From: an uncultured Acidobacteriota bacterium
Lineage (GTDB): Bacteria > Acidobacteriota > UBA6911
Assembly: GCA_963843575.1 (NCBI GenBank)
Contig: CAWJKZ010000012.1
Span: forward strand, 192,001-256,000
Length of the DNA: 64,000 nt
Reading direction: 5' to 3'
Below the pieces are notes generated by a model that did no database searches, had not been told where the DNA came from, and saw only the letters and a list, made by a program, of their open reading frames with translations. Within the stretch, counting starts at the first letter, position 1; the number at the start of each line of letters is the position of its first letter. Positions 40,955-51,088 of this stretch are shown in pieces. The position numbers and the translations under genes were made by a program.

Positions 40955-41935
40955 ATGCACCTGAATCGATGGTTGCCGATCACGCTCGCGCTGGCCGCCG
41001 CCTGCGGTCCCGGCGGGAATCCACCGGGGCAGCGCCGCACCATCGGCGTGGCCTTTGAGATCCTGCAGACCGAATACTGGGTCGCCAGCCTCGACGCCAT
41101 GAGAAGCGAACTGGACCGGCGGGGCATCGGCATACTCGAGGCAGTGGCCGACGGCGACGCCAACCGGCAGCTCGAGCAGGTGCAGAACTTCATCGCGCGC
41201 AGGGTGGACGGCATCATCGTGGTCCCGAAGGACGCCAAGACCGTCATCCCGATGATAAGGGCCGCCAACGGCGCCGGCATACCCATCGTGCTCTACAACC
41301 GCCCGGCCGACAAGACCGACGCCCGCAGCGCGGCCGTCATCGCCGACAACTACGCCATCGCCCGCGCCACGGTCGAATACATGGCGGAGCAGGCCAGGAA
41401 GTCCGGCCGAAAACACAAGGCGATGATCCTGATCGGCGACCTGGGCGACATCAACGCCATCGGGCGGCGCGACGGCTTCGATGACGCCATCAAAAGCCAC
41501 GCCGACGTGATCGACGTGGTCGCGCGCGTCCCCACGGAGTGGAACCAGGAAAAGGCGCTGGCCGGGGTCACTAACGCCTTGCAGGCAAACCCCGACATCA
41601 ACTTCATCTTCACCTCGTCCGATTTCCTCTTCCCGTCCATCGTCGCGGCGCTCAAGTCCGTGGGAAAATACAGGAAGACAGGCGAAGAGGGACACGTCCT
41701 GCTGGGGGGCTTCGACGGCGATCCGACGGCGTACCGGATGCTGCTCGAAGGTTACCTCGATGCCGACGGCGTCCAGGACGTCTACTTCGAGTCCGCGCAG
41801 GCGGTCCAGGCGGTGCTGGACATGAAGGCGGGGAAGGAGGTCCCGGCGACGATTCTCGACCAGGGTCTCGTGATCCACCAGGGGAACCTCAAAGAGGCGG
41901 CGGCCAGGATGTGGGGGGCCAGGGCGAGAAAGTAG
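40955..41935 (+). CDS. Sugar ABC substrate-binding lipoprotein (RbsB-like)
   Basis: Lipobox AAAC; DGDANRQLEQVQNFI, VDGIIVVP, IPIVLYNR, GFDG. Confidence 0.9.
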   Translation: MHLNRWLPITLALAAACGPGGNPPGQRRTIGVAFEILQTEYWVASLDAMRSELDRRGIGILEAVADGDANRQLEQVQNFIARRVDGIIVVPKDAKTVIPMIRAANGAGIPIVLYNRPADKTDARSAAVIADNYAIARATVEYMAEQARKSGRKHKAMILIGDLGDINAIGRRDGFDDAIKSHADVIDVVARVPTEWNQEKALAGVTNALQANPDINFIFTSSDFLFPSIVAALKSVGKYRKTGEEGHVLLGGFDGDPTAYRMLLEGYLDADGVQDVYFESAQAVQAVLDMKAGKEVPATILDQGLVIHQGNLKEAAARMWGARARK

Positions 41936-41976
41936 AAGCGGCGGGAGCAGCCGTCCGTCGCAGAGGGCCGCCGGGA

Positions 41977-42990
41977 ATGAGAAGAAGCGCTGCAGTGCCG
42001 GAACCGGAAACCGGGGCCGCGGGCCGCCTGAAGCGGCTCGTGCTGTCGGAATACTGGGTGCTGTACCTCGGCATCCTCTACTTTCTCGCGCTGCTCCCCT
42101 GGGCCCCCGGCCTCGGGTCCGCCGAAAACATCCGCAACATCTTCTCGAACATGCTGCCGCTGCTCGTGGTCGCCGTCGGCCAGACGGTCGTCCTCATCTC
42201 GGGCGGGATCGACCTCTCCGCCACGTCGGTCATCGGTCTCTCAAGCGTCGTCGGGGCCTGGGTGATGAGCGGCGACTCCGGGCTCCTGGCGGGGCACCCG
42301 GCCGCGGCGCCGGCCGGCGCGGCCGCGATGCTCCTGGCAGGGTGCCTAGTCGGGCTGCTGAACGGCGCCGCCGTCACGCGCCTCCGGATGCCCCCGTTCA
42401 TCGTCACCCTGACCGGCATGATGTTTGTCGGCGGCCTGGCGCTCTGGCTCACGAAATCGCGCCCCATCTACAACCTTCCGGCCGCGTTCACCGCGCTGGG
42501 CAAGGGATCGTCATTCGGCGTGCCGCACGCCCTCGTCGTCGCCGGCGCCCTGGCCGCGGCCGTGCACGTGCTGCTGACCCACTCGCTGCCCGGCCGCTGG
42601 CTCTACGCCGTCGGCATGAATCCGCGGGCATCCCGGATATCGGGGGTCCCGGTCAACCGCGTCCTCACCCTCGCCTACGTCCTCAGCAGCGGCTGCGCCG
42701 CCGTGGCCGCCGTCCTCTACACCGCGCGCCTCGAGACCGGGTCGCCGGTGCTCGGACAGAGGATCCTGCTCGACGTGATCGGCGCAGCCGTGATCGGGGG
42801 CACGAGCCTTTTCGGCGGGAAAGGCAAGGTGTCGTGGACGGTCCTGGGCGTAGGATTCATCTGCCTGATCGACAACAGCCTCAACATGCTGGGCCTGTCG
42901 TACTTCGTGGTGATCATGGTGAAGGGGGGCGTGATCCTGCTGGCCGCCCTCTTCGACGCGACCCGCACGCGCCTCGTGTCGGGACGTTAA
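41977..42990 (+). CDS. Sugar ABC transporter permease
   Basis: SGGIDLS, PPFIVTL, ASRISG, LDVIGAAVIGGTSLFGG. Confidence 0.9.
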   Translation: MRRSAAVPEPETGAAGRLKRLVLSEYWVLYLGILYFLALLPWAPGLGSAENIRNIFSNMLPLLVVAVGQTVVLISGGIDLSATSVIGLSSVVGAWVMSGDSGLLAGHPAAAPAGAAAMLLAGCLVGLLNGAAVTRLRMPPFIVTLTGMMFVGGLALWLTKSRPIYNLPAAFTALGKGSSFGVPHALVVAGALAAAVHVLLTHSLPGRWLYAVGMNPRASRISGVPVNRVLTLAYVLSSGCAAVAAVLYTARLETGSPVLGQRILLDVIGAAVIGGTSLFGGKGKVSWTVLGVGFICLIDNSLNMLGLSYFVVIMVKGGVILLAALFDATRTRLVSGR

Positions 42991-43003
42991 ACAGGGTGGC
43001 TTC

Positions 43004-44524
43004 ATGAGCGGGACGATTCTCGAATACGAAAACGTCGGCAAGAGCTTCTTCGGGGTCCCCGTGCTGCGCAACGTCCGGTTCACGCTCGACGAGGGGTGCG
43101 TCCTCGGGCTGGTCGGCGAAAACGGGGCAGGAAAATCCACCCTGGTGAACATCCTCGGCGGCGTCTTTCCCCCGGATTCCGGCACGATCCGGTTCCGCGG
43201 CCGCGCGTATTCCGCGCGTCGCCCGGCCGACGCCTTCCGGCAGGGCATCGGCTTCATCCACCAGGAACTCAACCTCTTCACGAACCTCGACATCGCGGAG
43301 AACATCCATGTCGCCCGCTTCCCGTGCCGGCGCGTGGTGGGCATCCCCTGGGTGGACACGCGCGCCATGCGGGCCAGGGCGCGGGGCCTCCTCGAGTCCG
43401 TGGGGCTGAGCGTGCCGCCCGAAACGATCGTCGAGAGACTCTCGATCGGGGAGCGTCAGCTGGTCGAGATCGCCAAGGCGCTCGGCCTCGACGCGCGCCT
43501 CATCATCTTCGACGAGCCCACGACGTCGCTCACCGCGCCGGAAGCGGAACGCCTCTTCGAACTGATCGGACAGCTGCGGGGCCGCGGCATCTCGATGATC
43601 TACATCTCGCACAACCTGCCGGACGTGTTCCGGTTGTGCGATCAGATCGTCGTGCTGCGCGACGGGGAGGTGGTCGCGTCGGGGGCTGCGGCCGGGTTTA
43701 CGGTCGGCGAGATCATCACCCACATGGTCGGGCGCAGCCTGGCCCAGTATTATCCGGCGCGCTCCGGGAAGCCGTCGGGCGAAGCCGCCCTGGAGGTCAG
43801 CGGGCTCTCGGAGCCCGGCATCGTCGAGAACATAGACCTGACCCTGCACCGCGGAGAGGTCCTGGGGATCGCCGGCCTGATGGGGGCCGGCCGCTCCGAG
43901 CTCGCCCGCATCCTGTTCGGGCTCGACCCGCACGAGCGGGGGGAAATCCGAGTCGACGGGCAGCGCGTCCGGCACGGGGGCCCCCGGGGCGCCATCCGCC
44001 GCGGACTCGCGTTTCTCACCGAAAACCGCAGGGAAGAGGGCCTCCTCATGGAGGCGGCGGTGGCGGACAACGTCGCGCTCGTCTCGTTGCCGGCCTTCGC
44101 CCACCCATGGTCGGGCCTCCTGGATTGGCGCCGGCTCGACCGGGAGGTGTCGCAGACCGTTGGCACCGCCAGGATCAAGTGCGCCGACATCCGGCGGCAA
44201 AAGGTCAAGACCCTCAGCGGCGGGAACCAACAGAAGGCCGTGCTGGCGAAATGGCTCCTGCGGCGCCCTTCCGTTTTCATACTCGACGAGCCGACCCGCG
44301 GCATCGACATCGGCGCACGTCACGAGGTTTACCGGACCATCAACGAGCTGGCGGACCAGGGGACCGGGGTGCTGTTCATCTCTTCCGAGATCGAGGAACT
44401 CATGGGCATGTGCGACCGGGTGCTGGTGATGCGCGCCGGGGAGATCGCCGACACCTTGCCGCGGGCGGGCTTCGACCGCCGGCGCATCCTGCGGTCCGCC
44501 CTGGGCGAGACGGGGGCCGCATGA
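43004..44524 (+). CDS. Sugar ABC transporter ATP-binding protein
   Basis: GENGAGKST, FDEPT, LSGGNQQK, LDEPTRGIDIGA. Confidence 0.93.
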   Translation: MSGTILEYENVGKSFFGVPVLRNVRFTLDEGCVLGLVGENGAGKSTLVNILGGVFPPDSGTIRFRGRAYSARRPADAFRQGIGFIHQELNLFTNLDIAENIHVARFPCRRVVGIPWVDTRAMRARARGLLESVGLSVPPETIVERLSIGERQLVEIAKALGLDARLIIFDEPTTSLTAPEAERLFELIGQLRGRGISMIYISHNLPDVFRLCDQIVVLRDGEVVASGAAAGFTVGEIITHMVGRSLAQYYPARSGKPSGEAALEVSGLSEPGIVENIDLTLHRGEVLGIAGLMGAGRSELARILFGLDPHERGEIRVDGQRVRHGGPRGAIRRGLAFLTENRREEGLLMEAAVADNVALVSLPAFAHPWSGLLDWRRLDREVSQTVGTARIKCADIRRQKVKTLSGGNQQKAVLAKWLLRRPSVFILDEPTRGIDIGARHEVYRTINELADQGTGVLFISSEIEELMGMCDRVLVMRAGEIADTLPRAGFDRRRILRSALGETGAA

Positions 44525-45504
44525 GCACGCGTGCCGGCCGGATTCCGACCAGGGCCCTTCAGCACGCGCCGACGCTGCTCTTTGTCGCCGTGTTCGCCGC
44601 GTTCGGCAGCCTCTCGGGCGCGTTTCTCCAGCCCGGGAACCTGGTCAACATCCTGGTTCAGTCTTCGTCGGCCGCCATCACGGCCACCGGGATGACCTTC
44701 GTCCTGCTCACGGCCGGCATCGACCTCTCGGTCGGGTCCGTGATGTTCGTCTCGGCCGCCGTGGCCGGCAAGCTGGTGCTGGGCGGCCACGGCCTGGGGA
44801 TCGCACTGGTGGCCGTACTCGCCGTGGGGCTTGCCTGCGGTGCGCTCAACGCGTTTTTCGTGACGCGGCTCGGGATCATGCCTTTTATCGTCACCCTCGC
44901 GACCCTCTACATGTGGCGGGGGCTGGGGCTCTGGATCACCGAAACCCGCGCGATGAACCTCCCCGAGAACCTTCTCCGGCTGGCCACCGCCAGGATCCTC
45001 GGGGTACCCACTCCCGTCGTTACGTTCCTGACCGTGCTTGCCGCGGCCCACGTCACGCTGCGGCACACGCCGTTCGGCAGGCAGATCTACGCGCTCGGCA
45101 ACGACCGGGAGGCGGCAGACAAGGCCGGGATCGCCACCGGGCGCGTCGCCGCCGCCGTCTACGTCGTCTGCGGCGGCTGTGCCGCCCTGGGCGGCATCGT
45201 CTCGGTCGCCCAGCTCGGGGCGGTTTCGCCTACCTTCGGCAACCAGCGCGAGTTTGCCGCCATCGCCGCCGCGGTCCTGGGCGGGACGAGCCTGTTCGGC
45301 GGCAGGGGACGCGTGTTCCCGGGAACCGTGCTGGGAGCCGTGCTGATCCAGGCCGTCGAAAACGGGCTCGTCATCATCAATGCCGACCCGTATCTCTATC
45401 CGCTGATCATGAGCGGCGTCATCTTCGCCGCCGTCTTCATCGACAGCCTGCGGCACGAGCGGCTCGTCACGCTGGGCAGGCGCTATATCAGGAGGTTCCG
45501 ATGA
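44521..45504 (+). CDS. Sugar ABC transporter permease
   Basis: AGIDLSVGS, PFIVTLAT, IAAAVLGGTSLFGG. Confidence 0.9.
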   Translation: MSTRAGRIPTRALQHAPTLLFVAVFAAFGSLSGAFLQPGNLVNILVQSSSAAITATGMTFVLLTAGIDLSVGSVMFVSAAVAGKLVLGGHGLGIALVAVLAVGLACGALNAFFVTRLGIMPFIVTLATLYMWRGLGLWITETRAMNLPENLLRLATARILGVPTPVVTFLTVLAAAHVTLRHTPFGRQIYALGNDREAADKAGIATGRVAAAVYVVCGGCAALGGIVSVAQLGAVSPTFGNQREFAAIAAAVLGGTSLFGGRGRVFPGTVLGAVLIQAVENGLVIINADPYLYPLIMSGVIFAAVFIDSLRHERLVTLGRRYIRRFR

Positions 45505-46319
45505 GGCTGGGCGTGAGCTCGTATACTTACACGTGGGCCGTCGGGGTCCCGGGGTACCCTCCGGAACGGCCCGTCACGGAGTTCGAACTGCTCGACCTGG
45601 CGGCGGCCGCAGGCGTCCGGGTGGTGCAGATCGCGGACAACCTCCCGCTCGAACGCCTTGCCCCGAACGATCTCGCCGGCGTTGCCCGCAGGGCGCAGGA
45701 CATGGGGATCGAGCTCGAGGTCGGCACCCGCGGGGTAGCCTGCGCTCACCTCGAGCGCTTCATCGAGATCGCGACGACATTGCGCGCGCGCATCCTGCGC
45801 GTCGTCGTCGACACCCGGGAGCACAGGCCCGCCATCCCCGAGATCGTCGATTGCGTCCGGGAAGTGCTGCCGGAACTGGAACGGCGCGGCATCTGCCTCG
45901 CCATCGAAAACCACGACCGGTTTCGCGCCCGGGAACTGGCCGGCATCGTCCGGCATATCGACAGCGCACAGGCCGGCGTCTGCCTCGACACCGTGAACTC
46001 GTTCGGCGCCCTGGAGGGGCCGGAGGCCGTCGTGGACGCTCTGGGACCGCTCGTCGTCAACCTGCACGTGAAGGACTTCAGCATCGAGCGCGCCACCCAC
46101 ATGATGGGCTTCGCCATCGAGGGGCGCCCCGCCGGCGCCGGCCGGCTGGACGTGCCGTGGCTGCTCGACCGCCTGCGCGCCTACGGCCGCGACCCGAACG
46201 CGATCCTCGAACTCTGGACCCCGCCCGAGCCCACCCTCTCCGCCACCATAGCCAAAGAATCCGCTTGGGCCGCCGCCTCCCTCACCTACCTGCACCGCCT
46301 GGTAGGGGACGGACCATAG
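45501..46319 (+). CDS. oiaC: Xylose-isomerase-like TIM barrel, 3-oxo-isoapionate decarboxylase-like
   Basis: LGVSSYTYTW, VVQIADN.PL, LEVGTRG, AIENHD, CLDTVN, LHVKDF; context at the end of the apiose operon. Confidence 0.7.
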   Translation: MRLGVSSYTYTWAVGVPGYPPERPVTEFELLDLAAAAGVRVVQIADNLPLERLAPNDLAGVARRAQDMGIELEVGTRGVACAHLERFIEIATTLRARILRVVVDTREHRPAIPEIVDCVREVLPELERRGICLAIENHDRFRARELAGIVRHIDSAQAGVCLDTVNSFGALEGPEAVVDALGPLVVNLHVKDFSIERATHMMGFAIEGRPAGAGRLDVPWLLDRLRAYGRDPNAILELWTPPEPTLSATIAKESAWAAASLTYLHRLVGDGP

Positions 46320-46549
46320 CAAGTTATTATTTATGAATAGCTTACGTCTGTTTTTGGCTCAAAAACAGGCCTTATTTGCGTTTTTAGGGGCCATTTTCTG
46401 CGAATAGCGGCATATCTGGATCACAGGCCGGTGGGGAGGTGCGGCAAATGGCAGGAAACAGGGCCAAATTCCTGAAATATAAGGCGCCCTTTCCGCAGAA
46501 TAATCCAGGTAAATATTTGAAATCACTGAATTACCTCAGGTCCGTCCCC
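46305..46549. mobile_element. Family C MITE, full copy (245 bp), supplying the stop codons of both convergent neighbours
   Basis: GGGGACGGACC (46305) ... GGTCCGTCCCC (46549); the flanking ORFs end ..VGDGP* and ..IGDGPEVIQ*. Confidence 0.82.
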
Positions 46550-48580
46550 GATCAAGTACTTGTCGAACCAGGAGAGATAGCGTTGGAGACGGTCGCGGAC
46601 GTAGCTCGGGGTCGTGATGCCGTGTGACTGGCCCGGGTAGATGATCAGCTGCGTGTCGACCCCGAGGCTCCTCAGCGCCTGGTACATCTGCTCCACCCCA
46701 ATCGTGGGAACGTTGAAGTCCCGGTCCCCGGAGAGGAACAGCGTCGGGGTCCGGATCCGGTCGGCCTGGAAGAACGGGTAGGAGAGCTTCACCCAGAGAT
46801 CCTTCGATTTCCAGGGCGGGCCTAGCTCGTTTTCGTACTGGACGATGTACTGGTCGGCGCCATACATCGACAGTTGCAGGGCGCTGCTGGCGCCGCTGAC
46901 GGCGGCCTTGAAGCGGGGATCGGTGGCGATCGTGTAGTCGGTCAGGATCCCGCCGTAGCTCCAGCCCCCGATGCCCAGCCGTTCCGGATCCGCGATCCCC
47001 GCCGCGATCATGTGGTCGACCGCCCCGATCAGGTCGACCACCTCTTTGCCCCCCCAGTCCGCGTAGATCGCCTTCTGGAAGGCCGAACCGCGGCCAGAAC
47101 TGCCGCGGTAGTTGACCGAGATCACGACGTACCCGTGCGCCGCAAAAAACTGGCGGTCGAAGCTGAAAGAGTGGTCGTCCTGGCCGTTCGGGCCCCCGTG
47201 GATGAGCAGGAGCATCGGGTACTTCCGCCCCGTGGCGTATGACGCGGGCTTCACCAGGAGCCCGCGCACCTCGGTGCCGTCCTTGCTCCGCGACGTGAAG
47301 TCTTCGGTGCTCGCCAGCTGGAGCTCGCCCAGCAGCCTGTCGTTTTCGTGCGACAGCCTGCGAAGCGCGCCATTTTCAAGCGCGTGCACCTCCGGCAGCT
47401 CGTCAGCCGTAGCCGCGAGCACCGCAAACGACCCGGCCGGCCCCGGCGAGATCCCGGAAACGACGCGGCGTCCCGAGGTCAGCTTTTCGACCGGCCCGCC
47501 CACGACGGCGGTCCTTGCAACGTACCTCGTGCGGTCGTCGTCAACGGCGAAACAGAGGCTCCGGCCGTCCGGCGACCAGACGAAGGGACCCGACACGCCG
47601 CGATCGAGCGCGGCCGTGAGCACGTGCGGTGCCCCTCCAGCGGCGGGCACCACCGCCAGCTTGGCCTGGTTGTAAGCGGAAAATCGCGTCTCGTCCCCCT
47701 GGACGTAGGCGATCATTTGTCCGTCAGGGCTCCACGAAAGACGGCCGCCGTCCGGCCCGCTGAAGGTCGTTACCTGCCGCGGCTCCGCCCCGGGTTTCGC
47801 TTCGACGACGAAAACGTTGGAGTCGAGGTTGTGGTCCGGATCGGGGCTTCGGTTGCTGACGAAGGCGATGTACCGGCCGTCGGGGGACCACGCCGGCGCA
47901 CTCTCGCTGTGGCGGCCCGACGTCAGCGACTCCACCTTGCGCCCCTCGACGTCGAAAAGCGACAGGTGCGTCCGGAGCGCGCCGAGATAGCCCTCGCGGT
48001 CCTGCTTGAAATGATACCGGTCGACGACGATCGGCGGCTTGGTCTTGCGCTTCCACCCCTCCTTCTTCTCCGGGTCCGAATCGGGATCGAAATCGTTGAC
48101 CACCAGCGCCAGCCGAGCACCGTCGACCGACCAGCAGTAGTCGGAGATGCCCCCGGCGATGTCGGTCAACTTCTGGGCCTCCCCGCCCGCCCTGTCCAGG
48201 AGCCAGATCTGCGCACCCTTCTTCTTCTCCTGCTCGTCCCCGCGCGAGGCCAGAAACGAGAGATACCGTCCGTCCGGACTCCAGCGCGGCTGGGTCTCGC
48301 CGCTTTCCGGGCTCGCCGTCAACCGGACGTTCCTGCTGCCGTCCCAGCTGACCATGTAAAGGTCCGTGTCGCGCCGGTCCTTTTCCGCGTCGACCGTTCC
48401 CACAGTGTAGACAACCCACTTCCCTTCCGGCGAAACCTGCGGGTCTCCCACGCTTCGTATGGCCGCGAGGTCGTCGAGGCCTATGGCCCGCTTCGTTCCC
48501 TGCGGCGAGGCAGATCCCGGCGAAAGAACGATCGTGGCAACCAGCGCCGCAAGCGGACAGGCGCGTGCAATAAGTGTCAT
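46523..48580 (-). CDS. S9 family (acylaminoacyl/dipeptidyl) peptidase, secreted, with PD40 beta-propeller
   Basis: WSPDG repeats, IHGGP, NYRGSSGRG, GWSYGG, D.NVP, YPGQSH. Confidence 0.93.
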   Translation of the reverse strand: MTLIARACPLAALVATIVLSPGSASPQGTKRAIGLDDLAAIRSVGDPQVSPEGKWVVYTVGTVDAEKDRRDTDLYMVSWDGSRNVRLTASPESGETQPRWSPDGRYLSFLASRGDEQEKKKGAQIWLLDRAGGEAQKLTDIAGGISDYCWSVDGARLALVVNDFDPDSDPEKKEGWKRKTKPPIVVDRYHFKQDREGYLGALRTHLSLFDVEGRKVESLTSGRHSESAPAWSPDGRYIAFVSNRSPDPDHNLDSNVFVVEAKPGAEPRQVTTFSGPDGGRLSWSPDGQMIAYVQGDETRFSAYNQAKLAVVPAAGGAPHVLTAALDRGVSGPFVWSPDGRSLCFAVDDDRTRYVARTAVVGGPVEKLTSGRRVVSGISPGPAGSFAVLAATADELPEVHALENGALRRLSHENDRLLGELQLASTEDFTSRSKDGTEVRGLLVKPASYATGRKYPMLLLIHGGPNGQDDHSFSFDRQFFAAHGYVVISVNYRGSSGRGSAFQKAIYADWGGKEVVDLIGAVDHMIAAGIADPERLGIGGWSYGGILTDYTIATDPRFKAAVSGASSALQLSMYGADQYIVQYENELGPPWKSKDLWVKLSYPFFQADRIRTPTLFLSGDRDFNVPTIGVEQMYQALRSLGVDTQLIIYPGQSHGITTPSYVRDRLQRYLSWFDKYLIGDGPEVIQ

Positions 48581-48719
48581 GGCGATCCTCCGTGCCGGTA
48601 TACCCTACCCGAGCCTGCTTCAGGGCATCAAGCAAAAGTCCTCACGCTCCTCCGGCTGAAGGCCTGAGCCACCGGACGGCACACGTGACGCTCGGACATC
48701 CTTGCCTGGCACCGCTAAA

Positions 48720-48816
48720 TTGAAAAAACAGGGCTGATTTCTTGAAATAAGGGCAGTTTTTGGCCCAAAAATCGCCGCAAATATTGATGTCAATGGATTA
48801 GCTCAGGTCCGTCCCC
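48720..48816. mobile_element. Family C MITE, right half only
   Basis: AAACAGGGCTGATTTCTTGAAATAAGG ... CTCAGGTCCGTCCCC, matching the right end of 46305-46549. Confidence 0.7.
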
Positions 48817-48822
48817 TATAAT
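48817..48822 (+). promoter_or_regulatory. TATAAT -10 box for a probable leaderless transcript
   Basis: Perfect TATAAT directly after the MITE end and 6 nt before ATG 48829; no SD sequence. Confidence 0.5.
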
Positions 48823-48828
48823 AAAAGT

Positions 48829-49718
48829 ATGAAGACTGCGAGGGATTTCGATCAGGAATTGCTTTATTTGTTCGACCAGTATGTGCACGGCGGGATCGAC
48901 CGTCGCGGGTTTCTCGACCGGGCCGCGAAGTTTGCCGTGGGCGGCGTGACGGCCGCGATGCTGCTCGACGCGCTCTCTCCGAAGTTCGCCGAGGCGCAGG
49001 TGATTGCGAAGGACGATCCACGGGTGAAGGCGGAGATGCTCGAATACCCCTCACCGCAGGGGTCGGGGACCATGAAGGGCTACCTGGTGCGGCCCGCCAA
49101 GCGCTTCCGGCAAACTGCCGGGAATCGTCGTCGTGCACGAGAATCGCGGACTCAATCCCGCACATCGAGGACGTCGCGCGCCGCCTGGCGCTCGACAACT
49201 TCGTGACCTTCGCGCCCGACGCGCTTACGCCGCTCGGCGGGTATCCCGCCGGAGGAGAGGACGAGGCGCGACAGCTCTTCGCCAAGCTGGACCAGGCGAA
49301 AGACTCGCGAAGACATGGTCGCCGCAGTCGACCTGGCTGAAGGCGCGCCCCGAGTGCACCGGCAAGGTAGGCGCCGTGGGTTTCTGCTGGGGCGGCGGCA
49401 TCGTCAACATGCTGGCGACCCGTGTCCCCGATCTCGCGGCGGCGGTGCCGTTCTACGGCAACACCCCCCCGACCGACGACGTCCCGAAGATCAAGGCGCC
49501 GCTGCTGATCCACTATGCGGAGAACGACCCGCGCATCAACGCGATGTGGCCTGACTACGAGACGGCGTTGAAGGCCGCCCAACGTGCAGTACACGATGCA
49601 CATCTACCCCGGGACGCAGCACGGGTTCAACAACGACACGACCCCCCGTTTCGATGAGGCGGCCGCCAAGCTCGCCTGGCAGAGCACGGTCGACTTTTTC
49701 AACAAGCACCTCCGCTGA
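48829..49718 (+). CDS. Dienelactone hydrolase family (YghX-like, Tat signal); frameshifts
   Basis: [46 protein letters not shown]. Confidence 0.88.
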
Positions 49719-49767
49719 CCGAAAGGCTGACCTCAAAGACTCGAAGACACGAAGGCTCGAAGAACCG

Positions 49768-51063
49768 CTAGCGGATTCTCCTGTAGAGGTTGAATCCCAG
49801 CGACAGCGATCGGTCTTCCGCATTGACGCCATACTTCGACGGGGTGAAGTCGCGGCTGCTCGCCACGAGAATTGTGAAGACGTGTCCCCAGGTTCGGACC
49901 ACGAACGCCACGCCCACCTGGTCCCGGCGCTCGTCCAGGCCGCCATAGCCCGCCAGTCGCGGGACGTATTCTGCCTGCAGCGAGAGCCGCCGATTCAAGG
50001 CGATGTCGGCGCCGAGTCCGAGCGCGAAAGTGCTGTTGCTGTCGGGGTGAATCGCGCGCGCCCGGTTAAACTCGAGCAGCGCCTCGGACCGCGAGTTGAA
50101 CGTCGCTGTCGGCACCACGTTCAGCCGAACACGTCGGTAGTCGAGGGACCCGACAAGCTGCAGAAACGGCGAGTAGTCCCGATGAAAATTCTGCTTCCCC
50201 TCGACGCCCCCGTGCAGGGCCAGCTTCCACTTTGACTCGTTCGCAGTCCGGATCTCATACGTCCCGCTCAGACTCGACGATCTGGTCGAAACGCGTGCGC
50301 GCCACACCCGGCGCTGATGCGATCTGTGAGCTCGTAGTTCAGCCCGATGCTCATGTTCGCCCCGGAGTCGATCCCGAACGCCTGCCCGGGGCCGGCGTCT
50401 GCTCACCGACTGCAGGAACCGGTGCTGGATCATGATCTCCATCGACCCCGTTGTGAGATCGACGGGCGACGGGAGATCCACGACCCTCGAGGTCTCCTGC
50501 AGACGGACGGGCGCCTTCGCGGGGTCGCGTCGACGACTTCCACGGGCTCGGTTCCTGCGGGCGGCCACGCCGGGCCGGCTGAAGTTGCCGGCCGTATAGA
50601 CGAATTCCCCGGATGCCCCGTCGCGACGGCCGCCGCGCGACCCGTTGCGGTGAAAATGACCAAGTCCGCCCGGGTTGTCCGGGGCCGTCCACTTGAGGTG
50701 GAACTCGACCGGGCCGTCCGCGGGGCCCTGGCGGCCCCCCTCCTCGATCTGGGTCGCGTGTTGAATCTCGGAATCGGTCCCGACCTGCGTCGAGTCATCC
50801 ATCGCGGCCCACGTCCCGGCCTGCTCGCCCGAATCGGCAAAGCGCGCCGTGAGCTCGAAGCCCCAGCGAGACTGACCGGGCTGCGAGATCGTCACGGTGA
50901 TCGGGTAGGTCACGCGCGGCTGGTATCCGCGCGGCGCGCCGTCGATCCGGAGGTCGCCCCCGAGTACCACGGCCGTCAGTTAGTCGGGTGAGCGGTGAAC
51001 GGCGACCGCAAACGAAAGCAACACAACCACCACCCAGAGGCGGCCTGTCAGCATATTAAGCAC
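49768..51063 (-). CDS. Reeler-like (choice-of-anchor V type) domain fused to a DUF5777-like outer-membrane beta-barrel; indels
   Basis: GGAGGAG RBS and signal peptide; YPITVTISQPGQSRWGFELTAR paralogous to 52300-53590; barrel motifs IQHRF, FGIDSGAN, TWGHVFTIL, LGFNLYRR. Confidence 0.7.
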
Positions 51064-51088
51064 GGTTGTACTCCTCCATACTCGGGGA

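Noticed and set aside
50980-50982. In-frame TAA after the signal peptide of the Reeler-barrel gene as stop-codon recoding
   Set aside because: TAA is not a Sec or Pyl codon. A local pair of indels would restore an open frame (e.g. VHAHPTNLTA), consistent with the error rate here.
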